Counted from the first letter of the stretch, positions 39,171 to 49,583 are shown. The stretch: 64,000 bases of DNA from Sphingopyxis sp. (GCF_035250425.1 NZ_DATFFD010000011.1:5990-69989), one strand, 5' to 3'. Notes: a model not told the origin generated them from the letters alone. Program-made: numbers and translations.

Positions 39171-39340
39171 TCCCAAGTGACCAAGTCGTGATAAAGCCGC
39201 TAGATATCTCGTCTAAATCACGCAGCCAAGGTATGGAAACCGACGTAGCGCGATTGGTTCGAGGCGAAAGCGCCAAAATCGGCCCCGCGCGAAATTAAGG
39301 ACAGGCCCCAGACCGCTGAGGCAAATTTCCGCAAGGACGC

Positions 39341-39505
39341 CTAGAGCACCGCTGGCGGACACAGGGAGGGGACCCCTGCGGTGAACCCGCTGATCCATGG
39401 CATCCCTATCCATCATCCCGCCGCGCTCGAACCGCAACGTGCCCGATCATCTCGACTTCGCAGCGACAAAGATCGTGACAGCATCGAGCACATGTTTTCG
39501 CCTAT
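39341..39505 (+). mobile_element. IS5-family transposase remnant
   Basis: Frameshifted fragments LAD.G / LIHGI / IIPPRSNRNVP / DKDRDSIEHMF match the IS5 DDE C-terminal pattern. Starts at CTAG. Confidence 0.65.
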
Positions 39506-42500
39506 TTTACCGCTATGACGTTGTCGGCCGAATTACGGTCGATGTAGAAATTATATGGGTCCACACCGGCGTAAATCGGACGACGGCTAGCGACGAAGCG
39601 CAGCACCTGCCGACCGACATGAATCGGTCGGCGCTCCATCAGCAGCACGTTGGCTTGGCTGAAGGCACCCCGGCCGGGGATCGCCGTGAACAACCCGACC
39701 TCGATGCCTTCGTTCAGCGGCACCTCGCGCTCGACGCCGCGCCCATCGGCGTAGAGCTTGCGCGCGTGGACCGCGAGCGTGACGTCCCAGCGGCCATCCG
39801 GCCGCTGGCGTGCACTTGCCTGTTCCATACGCAGATCATAGACGGTGATCAGCTCGAACAAGTCGGTGATGAGCATCTGCTGGGCGGGGGTGCGTGCCTC
39901 CTCGCGAAGCAGACGAATAAGGTCGGTCGACCGCGGATAGGGCGCGCTGCGAAAGCGATACTGCTCGATTAGTCGGTAAAGTGCTCGGTTGACTGCCGCT
40001 TCGCCCAGCCGCTGCTGAAGCAGGTACATCACCACCGCGCCCTTGTTGTAGTGGATATATGCCTGGTTCTCGACACGGAAGAGTGGCAGCTCCTCAATGC
40101 CCTCGCCGCCGCGGCGGCGAAGATAGCTGTCGAGCTCGAACTGTAGGAAGCGCCGGATTTTATCGTCGCCATATTGATGCTTCATCACCATCAGCGCGGA
40201 ATATTGCGCCAAGGTCTCGCTGAGCATCGTGCTGCCTTGACTGTCGGCGCCGATGATCTGGTGCGCCCAATATTGGTGACCGAACTCGTGGGCCGTTACG
40301 TAGCTGACATAGTCGATCGCATCAGGGTTCGAGTTGTCGGCGAGGAAGCCTAGCGCCTCCGAATAGGGCATCGTATTCGCGAACGCCTGCGCGTAGACTT
40401 GGTAGCCAGGGAATTCGATAATCCGCGCCTGCTTGAACTGATAAGGCCCGAAATTGGCTTGGAAATAGTCAAGCGAACGCTGCATCGCGTCGAGCATGCG
40501 ACTGACATTCCAGGCGTGCGCGGGGTGGTAATAAACGCCCAAATCGACGCCCTGATAGCTACGATGGGCTTCGGCGTACCGAGCGGATTGAACCGAAAAG
40601 AAGGCAAGGATCGGCACATCGGAGACGAAGCGCGCCGTCCTGCGTCCACCCTCTACCCGATCGAAAACCTTGCGGCCGGGCGCGATCGGCGTTTGGTCGG
40701 CGACGGTCGACACCGTGATGTCGGCAGTGGTCCAGCTCAGCCCCACGTAGTTGCGTCGGATACCTGAGGGATCCTCCAGCCGGGCGGGACGCACCTCCGG
40801 TGGCAAGCCATATTTGCGCCGCGTCGCGGGATCCTGCAGCAGTCCGCCGCGATCCATCCCGATCGCGGGCGCGAACTCGGTATTGTTTAAGAATGTGCCG
40901 TTCGGGACCAGCTTTTTGTCGACACCTGAGTTGCGGAAACCGACTTGTTGACGGCGCGTGCGGAATCCCAGCTCGCGGCTCTCACCCGCAGCCATGGGTC
41001 GGTCGAGCCGATAGGTTCTGAATTCGAACTTCTCGTCGTACGAAGCGAGCTGCGCTCCGTGGAAGTCGATGGCAAGAAGCTTGAGGTCCCGGTCTGGATT
41101 GCGGACATAAACTTCGCTGATCGGTTGGCCGGTCAGGTTGGTCAGTCGATAGCGCCCGGTGATGTCTGCGCGAATGTCCTCCGGATACAGCGCGACGTTG
41201 AGAACCACGTTGCTGATCGACGGCTGCGCAACCTGCTCGAAGCGTAGATAACGGCGTTCATATTCCGCCTGATAGCGTTGGGTATCCTTTGCCGTGCGAT
41301 AGGTGTTGAGGACGTTCGTGTTGTAGATGATCCATCCGCCGCTCGCGACCGTGACGACGAACGCGATCCCGGCGATTGCACCCGGCGTGCCGCGCATCCG
41401 CGCGGCAGCCAAGCGAAGCCGCGACTTCAGCCGGGTCTCGCTGCCGCGCCGCCAGAGCAGGTGCGCGGCGACGAGCAGGATGACGGCGACTCCGCCCCAG
41501 AAAAGCCGGAACCACCATGCCGCGATCCAGTAGATTCCGGCACCGTTCATCGCCGACAGCGGCTCGTCGGGATGCTGTCCGTAGAGGAAGAGTCCATGCT
41601 CCAGCCCGATGCTCGGAAAGACGAGCGTCGAGACGATATAGAGCGTCATGATTCCCCAGCCGAGATATTTGCTAGGACTCATCGCTTGGACGAACACGGA
41701 CAGGACGGCGATCAGGATGACATCGAAGCCGTAGGGGATCAGGTACCAGAGAAGATATTCGAGGACTTCCAAATCCTGGAACCCCTTGAGCAGTTGGACC
41801 AGCACAGCAGTGAAGGCGCTCATTAGCAGCGTAGCAAGCAATACCGTGCTCACGGCGAGGATTTTCGGAACGGCAAGGATCCAATTCGGGAGCGGCGTCG
41901 AGTCGATGATCTCGTGCATCTTGCGGTCGCGGTCGCACCAGACGAGTTCGCCGCCATAGTAGATCGCGACCACGATCGGGATCAGCGCGAACGCCCTTTG
42001 CAGCATAGGAATGACAGCAAATGTCGCAGGATAGGTCGGCGTACCATACAGGTCGCCCCCGACCCATAGCACACTTGCCGCGTTGAAAAGGCCAAGGGCC
42101 ATCAGGACGATGAAGGCCGGGCTCCTGAAGACCTGACGCATCTCAAGGCGCGCACGAGCCGAAAACATCGTGAGCACGGTGGCACGGTCATATCGCGGCG
42201 CGGCTTGGACGACAGCGTTCGACCACAAACGCTGTTCGATCGCCTCGGTCTCGGCCTTCGACCGCTCCTTCTCGCTCTGACGCGGCGAGACACCTTTGTC
42301 GGCGAAGCGATACACCGAATAGGCGAGCGCTAGAAACGCCAGCGCTATTCCGATCCACAGCAGCCTGTTCCAGAGGATCAGTCCTGACAGCTCGACTAGC
42401 TCGCTATTGCGCTCCGATACGGTCCAGTAACGCATGATCCAATTGGCGGCTGTCAAGCCGAAGGGATCCCCGATCGCGACGGGCTGCTGATATTCGGGAA

Positions 42501-43095
42501 GCTGTGCCAGAGAGGCGTAGATCACGACCCACAGCACCAGCAGGGTGACCACGCCGAGATAGGTCGCCATCATCGATCGCGTCGCAGTGGCGAGGGCAAA
42601 GAAGATCGCGCCTGTCACGAAGATGTTTGGCAATGCCAGGACCAGATAGGGTTGCAGATAATAGGCGAGGTTGTTTGGCCCCAAGGTCTCGGGATCCACC
42701 CACGGCATCAAGGAGCCGAGCCAAAGGCCCAGCGGGATCGCCAAAAAGCCGATCGCCGCGATCGTCACCGCGCCCAAGAAGCGGCCGAACAGATAGTCGA
42801 ACTTCGTGATCCGCGTGGATCGAACGATCGGCCCAAACCTCGTGTCATCGTCACGGACGATGACATTCGAGACGAATGCAGCCGTCACGAACATGTAGAA
42901 AACCGACAGAATCAATTGAGCCTGCGCGATCATGAATGGCCCGTTCTCGTGTGTATTCCCACCTCCGCTTCCTACCGAGATTCGATCGTTGGCGAGGATT
43001 GAGAACGCGAACAGAAAGAAAAGGCAGGTCGCGACCCAGACGACCGGGTTCTTGAGTTGGTAGCGGACCTCGAACGCCGCGATCTTGTTGAGCAT
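39502..43095 (-). CDS. ABC-2 permease (two membrane domains) fused to an M1-family zinc aminopeptidase
   Basis: Two hydrophobic TM blocks, then VTAHEFGHQYW...LSETLAQY (HExxH...E) and YIHYNKG. Start re-set to MLNKIA. Confidence 0.9.
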   Translation of the reverse strand: MLNKIAAFEVRYQLKNPVVWVATCLFFLFAFSILANDRISVGSGGGNTHENGPFMIAQAQLILSVFYMFVTAAFVSNVIVRDDDTRFGPIVRSTRITKFDYLFGRFLGAVTIAAIGFLAIPLGLWLGSLMPWVDPETLGPNNLAYYLQPYLVLALPNIFVTGAIFFALATATRSMMATYLGVVTLLVLWVVIYASLAQLPEYQQPVAIGDPFGLTAANWIMRYWTVSERNSELVELSGLILWNRLLWIGIALAFLALAYSVYRFADKGVSPRQSEKERSKAETEAIEQRLWSNAVVQAAPRYDRATVLTMFSARARLEMRQVFRSPAFIVLMALGLFNAASVLWVGGDLYGTPTYPATFAVIPMLQRAFALIPIVVAIYYGGELVWCDRDRKMHEIIDSTPLPNWILAVPKILAVSTVLLATLLMSAFTAVLVQLLKGFQDLEVLEYLLWYLIPYGFDVILIAVLSVFVQAMSPSKYLGWGIMTLYIVSTLVFPSIGLEHGLFLYGQHPDEPLSAMNGAGIYWIAAWWFRLFWGGVAVILLVAAHLLWRRGSETRLKSRLRLAAARMRGTPGAIAGIAFVVTVASGGWIIYNTNVLNTYRTAKDTQRYQAEYERRYLRFEQVAQPSISNVVLNVALYPEDIRADITGRYRLTNLTGQPISEVYVRNPDRDLKLLAIDFHGAQLASYDEKFEFRTYRLDRPMAAGESRELGFRTRRQQVGFRNSGVDKKLVPNGTFLNNTEFAPAIGMDRGGLLQDPATRRKYGLPPEVRPARLEDPSGIRRNYVGLSWTTADITVSTVADQTPIAPGRKVFDRVEGGRRTARFVSDVPILAFFSVQSARYAEAHRSYQGVDLGVYYHPAHAWNVSRMLDAMQRSLDYFQANFGPYQFKQARIIEFPGYQVYAQAFANTMPYSEALGFLADNSNPDAIDYVSYVTAHEFGHQYWAHQIIGADSQGSTMLSETLAQYSALMVMKHQYGDDKIRRFLQFELDSYLRRRGGEGIEELPLFRVENQAYIHYNKGAVVMYLLQQRLGEAAVNRALYRLIEQYRFRSAPYPRSTDLIRLLREEARTPAQQMLITDLFELITVYDLRMEQASARQRPDGRWDVTLAVHARKLYADGRGVEREVPLNEGIEVGLFTAIPGRGAFSQANVLLMERRPIHVGRQVLRFVASRRPIYAGVDPYNFYIDRNSADNVIAVK

Positions 43096-43105
43096 CGGAC
43101 TCGCC

Positions 43106-43984
43106 TCAGGCCGCGCGGCGCGCTTGCGCGAGCGTGGAGAAATAGACGTCCTCAAGTCCGCCTTGGGCCGCAACGAAGCCATTGCGCGGATCGGTCTCGG
43201 CGAGCACGTGTATGACCGTCCTTCCAGCGAACAGCCGGGTCGAAATCACTTGGTAGCGACTCCCATAGGCGTCGAGTTCCGCCCGATCGATCATCTTCGT
43301 CCAGATGCTACCGCGAGTCTTCTCGATCAGCGCAAGCGGCGCGCCCTCCAGCAGGATACGGCCGCCCGCTAGCACCGCCATCTGCGGGCACAGATCGGCC
43401 ACGTCTTCGACGATATGGGTCGAGAGAATGACGACGACATTCTCGCCGATCTCGGCGAGCAGATTGTGGAAGCGGTTCCGCTCTTCGGGATCGAGGCCGG
43501 CGGTCGGTTCGTCGACGATGATCAACTCGGGATTGCCGATCAGGGCCTGCGCGATACCGAAACGCTGACGCATGCCGCCCGAAAAGCCGGCAATCGCCTT
43601 TCGGCGTACATTCCACAGGTTAACCTGGTGAAGCCGGTCCTCGACGGCCGCTTTGCGCTCGTTCCTGGCGCTGATCCCCTTCAGCACCGCCATGTGCTCG
43701 AGCATGTCATAGGCTGACACGCGGGGGTAAACCCCAAAATCCTGCGGCAGATATCCCAGCGTCCGCCGCAGCTTCTCGGGTTCGCCGATCACGTCGACCT
43801 CTCCAAACCGAATCTGACCCTTCGTCGGGGTCTGCAACGTGGCCAAGGTTCGCATCAAGGTCGACTTCCCGGCGCCATTGGGACCCAGAAGCCCGAACAT
43901 GCCCCGCGAAATGGATAGCGTTACGTCGTCCAGCGCGCGCGTACCGTTAGGATAGATGTGGCTGACGTTGCTAAGCTTCAGCAT
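43106..43984 (-). CDS. ABC transporter ATP-binding protein
   Basis: GPNGAGKS Walker A, FSGGMRQ signature, IIVDEP Walker B, STH. Confidence 0.95.
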   Translation of the reverse strand: MLKLSNVSHIYPNGTRALDDVTLSISRGMFGLLGPNGAGKSTLMRTLATLQTPTKGQIRFGEVDVIGEPEKLRRTLGYLPQDFGVYPRVSAYDMLEHMAVLKGISARNERKAAVEDRLHQVNLWNVRRKAIAGFSGGMRQRFGIAQALIGNPELIIVDEPTAGLDPEERNRFHNLLAEIGENVVVILSTHIVEDVADLCPQMAVLAGGRILLEGAPLALIEKTRGSIWTKMIDRAELDAYGSRYQVISTRLFAGRTVIHVLAETDPRNGFVAAQGGLEDVYFSTLAQARRAA

Positions 43985-44164
43985 TACGGATTTCCTTAAA
44001 AATCATAGAAACTAGGATGGTTTTGTCGAGCATAGGGGGCGCTCCCAAATGCTGGGCCCGTACCAGCATCGTAACGTCGCGTGCAGCCGGGGCGGAGCCG
44101 GGCTTTGCGCGGCCCGGACCCTCGGTGCTGTTGCGATAATAACCGCCCGCATTGCCACCGCTAC

Positions 44165-46303
44165 CTAGCGTACTGCCGTTCCGAAGCGGAGATTCGCTTC
44201 GATCCCGAAAGTCCGCGGGCGCAGTCGATACGCAGTGATGTCGTTGATCCCCGGTGCGAGTGGCTGGACGGTACGGAAGCTCGTCGCGCCGTTCTCGTTG
44301 GTCAGGTTGTCTACAAACAATGCAAGATTGATTTGGCCGACATCAATGCCAAGTCGCGCGTCGATGCGATCTATCGTGTCCCCCGACACGAACTGCGGCG
44401 ACAGCTCGCTATCGCGCGGCGAAGTGTGCTGCCAGCTGATCCGAGCATTTCCTCGCACGGTGGAGCTGATATCGAAGCGATAGTCGCCGGAGGCATTGAA
44501 TGTGAACTTAGCGACATCCTCGACCCGAGCGCCGTTGACGATGCCGGTGCCTGGCACAGTGCCCTTGTAGTCAGCATCGATATAGGCGCCGCCTGCCTGC
44601 AGGCTCAGCCCGGAGACGGGACGAGCGACCAAGTTGAGCTCGACGCCATTGGTTCGCGTGCCGGGCGAGTTTATCAATCCATTGAGGCCGGTCGTCGCGA
44701 TCGGAATACGGACGGTTACGTCGTCCCAATCGCTGTGAAATACAGCACCCTCTATCGTCACGCGACGATCTATGAGCTCCGCCTTGGCGCCCAGCTCGTA
44801 GGTCCAGATTGAATCCTCTCCGAGCGCAGCCGGCAAATTGAGGCCAAAAAGTTGTCCGAGCGACACTGCGACCAGTGGCTGGAGTTGGCCGGAGCGGAAG
44901 CCCTTCGCGGCGCTGGCATAGATCGTCGTGTTGCGCGCCGGGTGCCAAGCGATTGAGAAGCGCGGATTGAACGAGTCGAACTTGTCGCCCGGCACGTTCG
45001 CCGCGACGCCGCCATTGGTCTCGGAGCCGCGCAAGTCGTCGGCGAAGTAGCGCAGGCCGGCGGTCAAATCTATGCCGATGCTCCTAATGCTGTAGGTCGC
45101 CTCGCCGAACAGCGATTTCGCGGTGCTGCGTGTCTCGGTGCCATTGTTGATGCCGAACAGCGCGAACACGACCGTGTCGTTGCGTTTGGACTCACGCAGA
45201 TAGGCACCAATCGTCCATTGCAGCGCAGGGCCGGGATTGGACGCCATCCGAAGTTCGTGGGAATCCACTTGCACCCCGACGCCCGATAGCAATGTTCCGC
45301 CCAGCAGAGCGCCGCGCGTCGGAAGCGTAAAGTCGTTGTGCGCATAGCCGTAGAAGATTTCGGCGAAGCCGAAATCATACCGAGCATTGGCGCCATACAG
45401 TTCGTAGCGTGCCTTGCTCGTCAGAGCGTTGGTCAGCGGCACATTGCCTGCATCGGATGCAGATGCAGCACCGGCAGGAAAATCCGCGTCGTATAGCCAG
45501 TAGCTGCCATTGATCGACAAGCCTTCGACCGGATCGAACCGCACTTTCGCCCGGACAGTGTCGAAGTCCTGCGTATTGACGTTCCGGCGATTGGTGGTCG
45601 GATCATCGATCCAGCCGTCGAACCGCTCGTGAGTGCCAGCGACGCGTGCGGCAAGCACGCCAGGTATGATCGGCACATTGGCGGCACCGCGCAGCCCAAA
45701 ATTGATACCACCGTCCTCTGTGCTCGACAGGAATCCGGAACCCTTCAGTTCCCAATCATTGAGATCGGCCCCGCGGGTGAGGATGCGGACGGTTCCGCCC
45801 ATCGACCCCTCGCCGAAAAGCGTGCCCTGCGGGCCCCGCAGCACCTCGACGCGATCGAGGTCCCATGTACGGACGTCCGGCGTAACCGGCACCGTTACGC
45901 CGGTAAACGGAAGATCGTCGAGATAATAACCATTCTCGTTCGCGCCAAGTGAAGTCGAGATGCCGCGGATCGTGATCTTCGACGCGCCACTGCCCGAATC
46001 ATAGATGCCGACACCCGGAGCCTCTTGAAGAACGTCGGCAAGGTTTCGCGCACCTCGCTCTTCGAGCGACTGGCCGGAAATGGCGGTGACGGCGATGGGC
46101 ACGTCAATCGCGCGTTCCGCGCGCTTTCTCGCTGTAACGACAATTTCGTTTGTATCTTTTTGTGGCTGGCTGCGGCTCCGCGCAACGGTTGCGCCCGGCT
46201 CGGTAACGACGCCGGACGGCTGGGCACCTTGCGCGAATGCCGGAGTGGCCAACAACGCTGTGACAACCAAGATCGGCCGTGGAATCGACTGGGAAATCCT
46301 CAT
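44165..46303 (-). CDS. TonB-dependent receptor
   Basis: Signal peptide, EIVVTARKR, EVLRGPQGTLFGEGSMGG. Confidence 0.93.
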   Translation of the reverse strand: MRISQSIPRPILVVTALLATPAFAQGAQPSGVVTEPGATVARSRSQPQKDTNEIVVTARKRAERAIDVPIAVTAISGQSLEERGARNLADVLQEAPGVGIYDSGSGASKITIRGISTSLGANENGYYLDDLPFTGVTVPVTPDVRTWDLDRVEVLRGPQGTLFGEGSMGGTVRILTRGADLNDWELKGSGFLSSTEDGGINFGLRGAANVPIIPGVLAARVAGTHERFDGWIDDPTTNRRNVNTQDFDTVRAKVRFDPVEGLSINGSYWLYDADFPAGAASASDAGNVPLTNALTSKARYELYGANARYDFGFAEIFYGYAHNDFTLPTRGALLGGTLLSGVGVQVDSHELRMASNPGPALQWTIGAYLRESKRNDTVVFALFGINNGTETRSTAKSLFGEATYSIRSIGIDLTAGLRYFADDLRGSETNGGVAANVPGDKFDSFNPRFSIAWHPARNTTIYASAAKGFRSGQLQPLVAVSLGQLFGLNLPAALGEDSIWTYELGAKAELIDRRVTIEGAVFHSDWDDVTVRIPIATTGLNGLINSPGTRTNGVELNLVARPVSGLSLQAGGAYIDADYKGTVPGTGIVNGARVEDVAKFTFNASGDYRFDISSTVRGNARISWQHTSPRDSELSPQFVSGDTIDRIDARLGIDVGQINLALFVDNLTNENGATSFRTVQPLAPGINDITAYRLRPRTFGIEANLRFGTAVR

Positions 46304-46314
46304 AACCCCTCCCT

Positions 46315-46360
46315 AAAAGCGTGCGCTCGTTTTTTATTAAAACGAGCATGTGTTCGTTTT
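46315..46360. promoter_or_regulatory. Tandem palindromic TetR-type operators
   Basis: AAAAGCGTGCGCTCGTTTTT and AAAACGAGCATGTGTTCGTTTT in the divergent TBDR/TetR spacer. Confidence 0.6.
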
Positions 46361-46413
46361 TCATGCTTGGCAAGCAAAATTTTCATCCGTATGCCCGGAA
46401 CCGAGGAGAGTTC

Positions 46414-47091
46414 ATGCCAGTTCGAGACACCGATTATATGCAGCGCGACCGGCGCAGGATCGCAGCTGCCGCCGCAGAAGTATTGTTCGAGAAGGGTGTC
46501 ACCGACACGTCCATTCGAGACATTTGCAAGCGGTCGGGCATGAGTATGGGGGGAGTTTACGTCCATTTTGCAAGCAAGCGCGACATCATCGTTGCCGCTA
46601 TTGAATCCATCGTCGAAGGTGCTGCCGCGCTACCGTCGCTCGCTACTTGGAATGACCTCGTCGAGTTGCTGCGTTTGCGTCATTTCACCATCCAGTCGGA
46701 CGCCGCTCGCCAATATGCCAGGCTCCAACTGGAATTCCTCGGATCGATTGTGACCTCGGGCGACGAGTCGCCCCAGTTGCGCGCGATCCGCGAGAAGGAC
46801 GAGGAGTTGCTCGGCGATTCTTTGTTGAAGCTACAGGAGAGTGGTGAGATTGAGATGCCACTCGGCCTGCAGGCCACGCGAAGCGCCATCCGATGGATAG
46901 CGCTCGGCAGCGCGCAAGATTATTTGGCAAGTCCGAGCCTCGATCTCTTCAAAGCATGGACTGAAAAGGTTTCAGTCATGGAAATGCTGGTTGCGCCAAG
47001 GTGGCCAGTCGGCGCAGAAATGCTTGAAGCCCCTGAACAAATTGCTGACGTCCCGCCCCCCAAAAAACTCAGGCGGAAAGAAGACCCTTAG
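46414..47091 (+). CDS. TetR/AcrR-family regulator
   Basis: TSIRDICKRSGMSMGGVYVHFASKRDII HTH. Start re-set to MPVRD (RBS GAGGAG). Confidence 0.9.
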   Translation: MPVRDTDYMQRDRRRIAAAAAEVLFEKGVTDTSIRDICKRSGMSMGGVYVHFASKRDIIVAAIESIVEGAAALPSLATWNDLVELLRLRHFTIQSDAARQYARLQLEFLGSIVTSGDESPQLRAIREKDEELLGDSLLKLQESGEIEMPLGLQATRSAIRWIALGSAQDYLASPSLDLFKAWTEKVSVMEMLVAPRWPVGAEMLEAPEQIADVPPPKKLRRKEDP

Positions 47092-47269
47092 GAATCGGCT
47101 TGAGAGCACATTTGATCGAAGGCATTGATAGGATCACATGCGTTCGTGACTGCGAGTGCGCCATCGTCGAAAATCGTGGTGCGATTTCCAGCTACAATCA
47201 TTCCGCCTATTCGACCGAGTGTCGGCATCGCCGGACTAGTCTGAAGGCTTGTCGGCGCTACCTGCACCG

Positions 47270-47950
47270 TCAGCATCGCGACGAAGCAATAGGGACGTAG
47301 ATGTGGGGAGTGCCCGGGAGCGGAAGGTTCGGCTCTACAATGGCGCGACCAGACCGTTCAGCTTCTCCCTCGATCCAGTCGGCACCAGCCGCAGCTCTTA
47401 TAGCCGCCCCCAGATTCAGTCGCGGCGTCGATTTGCGCCCCGGCAAGCTTGCCGCCATTGTTGTCGATCTCTTCGAAGGCGCCGCCGAGCCGCACCTTCA
47501 CACCCTTCTTACGCAGTGTCGCGGCCGTATAGTCGGACAGATCCTTGGGGGAAAGCCGTCAGCAGCCGGGGTCTACCTTCGACGAGAAGGACGCGCGCCA
47601 AACTGCCGGCAATTGTCCCAAAGCGGGTGCCGGGCGAGTTCCGCGATTGTTCCTCCCATCTCGCCCCGGTCGGGCCACCGACGACGACTATGAAGGTGAG
47701 CAGTGTGGTGCGGCGGACTGGGGTCGTGCTTTTCTCGGCGTCCTCAAATTTCTGTAACAAGCGTGCCCGGATTTTGCGGGCATCGTTGGTCGTTTTTGGC
47801 GATGGCGCGTTGCACTGCCAGTGGGCGTGCACTACATATTTTTAGACCGGCCCGGTTGCGAGGATCAGTCAATCGAATTCGAACCGCGTTTCGTTGTCGA
47901 GGACGACTTGCCGGGCTTGCTTGTCGGTCGCCTTTAGTGCCGCAATATAG
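47270..47950 (-). pseudogene. ndh: Type II NADH dehydrogenase (NDH-2) remnant
   Basis: Fragments D*LILATG, APSPKT..DARKIRARLLQKFEDAE...LLTFIVVVGGPTG, ARVLLVEGRPRLLTAFP, GVKVRLG, IWGAAIRA, GRAIVEPNL; several stops and frameshifts. Confidence 0.8.
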
Positions 47951-47963
47951 ACCTCAGCGCACC

Positions 47964-48765
47964 CTAGGAGGTGTTGACAAGTTCACGCATCCGCAGGCGG
48001 ATTGAGACGATGTGGATGAAGCCGTCAGCCTCGACGAGGATGCGGGACATTTCGAACTGCAGCGTCCGGCGAGCCGCCGGGTGGCCTGAAGGGGGAGGGC
48101 GTTCGGGCCGCATGGACACGCCGAGCGCTCGATCGAGCTGGATTCGCCGTAAGCGCGGAAGCAGCGCTGCGGATTTCGGTCGAGACCGACAGATGGTCGA
48201 CTGGCGCTGTGCGTGTCGACAGCATCGCGGCGATGCTAGCGAAGCTCGACGACCTATGGAGCAGGCGGCCTCCTTGCTCTCCTCGGCGCCGTGCGCTGCG
48301 GGAAATGTTCTGAACTGCGCGGTACCGGTTCCTACACCATGGCCGCCGGACGCGTCTTGTCGGTCTATCTGACCGCGGTTTTCTAGGCTATCGAGCTCAC
48401 TTCTCGCGTCGGATATGGGCATGAAACACCCCAATTCGCTCGTGGGCGGCCTGCAAACCAGACGCCATTTCACGTCGAGCAACGCTCGCCGTCTTGCTGA
48501 CGCCATCGAAGAGCCAGCGTCCGCTTTTTTACTGATTGCGCCCATGCTCCCTCGCTGCGCCACCTCATCCTATTGCGATTGACTAAACGATACGGCTTAG
48601 AATGCGCCGGCCATCGACCCGCACGGCCATGGTTCTTGCGAAAATACGGCTGAAGATGGGCCATCTGCTCATCCATCAGCCAAAACAGTTTGCTATTCAT
48701 TCAGGCCTCTCACATCCGCCTGAATTGCAGTCGTCGCCGCAAATCAAGTTAGACCCTTGGCGAGG
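47964..48765 (-). mobile_element. Degenerate IS5-family element(s)
   Basis: N-terminal LFWLMDEQMAHLQPYFRKNHGR...VNRNRMRW (IS427-like) at 48470-48700 and C-terminal RRLA...EADGFIHIVSIRLRMREL ending in CTAG at 47964. May be two nested remnants. Confidence 0.7.
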
Positions 48766-48785
48766 TCTCCCGCGAGGAAGCACGG

Positions 48786-48803
48786 CATTTTACACGTAAA
48801 ATG
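48786..48803. promoter_or_regulatory. Module C operator
   Basis: CATTTTACACGTAAAATG, near-perfect palindrome upstream of GntR3. Confidence 0.6.
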
Positions 48804-48866
48804 TAGGTTGTTGAAAAATCGACAGTTATAGATAAGGTAATGAGCCTGATCGGAGCATAGGAAAAT

Positions 48867-49583
48867 ATGGTAGCGGATGCAGGGGAAGGTCGTCTCAAGA
48901 ATGCTTCACTCTCGGATCTAGCGCGCGATCGCCTGCGCGCCGCGATCATGGAGGGAAAGCTGCGACCCGGTGAGAAGATCAATATAGAGCGCGTTTCCGA
49001 AATGTTCGGCATCAGCCGGACTCCTGTTCGAGAAGCGTTAAAGGCACTCGAGATGGAGGGCATGGTTCGGATCGAGGCGCATCGGGGCGCAATCGTCGAG
49101 CCGCTGGCATGGCGTGAAATTGATCATCGCTATGCAATCCGCAGCATGCTTGAGGGTTACGCCGCCGAGCAAGCCTGTCTGAACAGAGGCCCGGAGATTG
49201 CCTCGGTTCTCGAAAAGAATTGCAGCCGCGTGCGGCGGGAAATTGAATCGCCGGGCAAGATGACTCCGAAGAAGCTCCGCACGATCGCTGAACTCAACAA
49301 CGAGTTTCACCGCACGATATGGCTGGCCTCCGGGAGCCTCACGCTGATCCGCTTCCTGGATTCGCTAGAATTGCCCCGATCGTTCAGCGATTCCTTCTGG
49401 ACGGAGGGCGATTATCGCGAGCTGGTTTGCTCTCATCACGAGGAGATCGCAGCGGCTTTCGGCGCAGGCGATTCGACGGCAGTGCGGCACCTGATGGAGC
49501 GGCATATGCTCGCCTCGGCGGACATGATTGCATCGGCTGCCCATGCCGATCACGAGAGTGCCAGAGCCCCTATTTGCTGCTGA
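48867..49583 (+). CDS. GntR-family (FCD) regulator
   Basis: LRPGEKINIERVSEMFGISRTPVREALKALEMEGMV; NNEFH and HHEEI metal-type FCD motifs. Confidence 0.92.
   Translation: MVADAGEGRLKNASLSDLARDRLRAAIMEGKLRPGEKINIERVSEMFGISRTPVREALKALEMEGMVRIEAHRGAIVEPLAWREIDHRYAIRSMLEGYAAEQACLNRGPEIASVLEKNCSRVRREIESPGKMTPKKLRTIAELNNEFHRTIWLASGSLTLIRFLDSLELPRSFSDSFWTEGDYRELVCSHHEEIAAAFGAGDSTAVRHLMERHMLASADMIASAAHADHESARAPICC

Noticed and set aside
39502-47091. Lasso peptide/RiPP cluster (TBDR + peptidase + ABC)
   Set aside because: No precursor, B/C maturation enzymes or S9 isopeptidase found; the intergenic spacers hold no credible small ORF.
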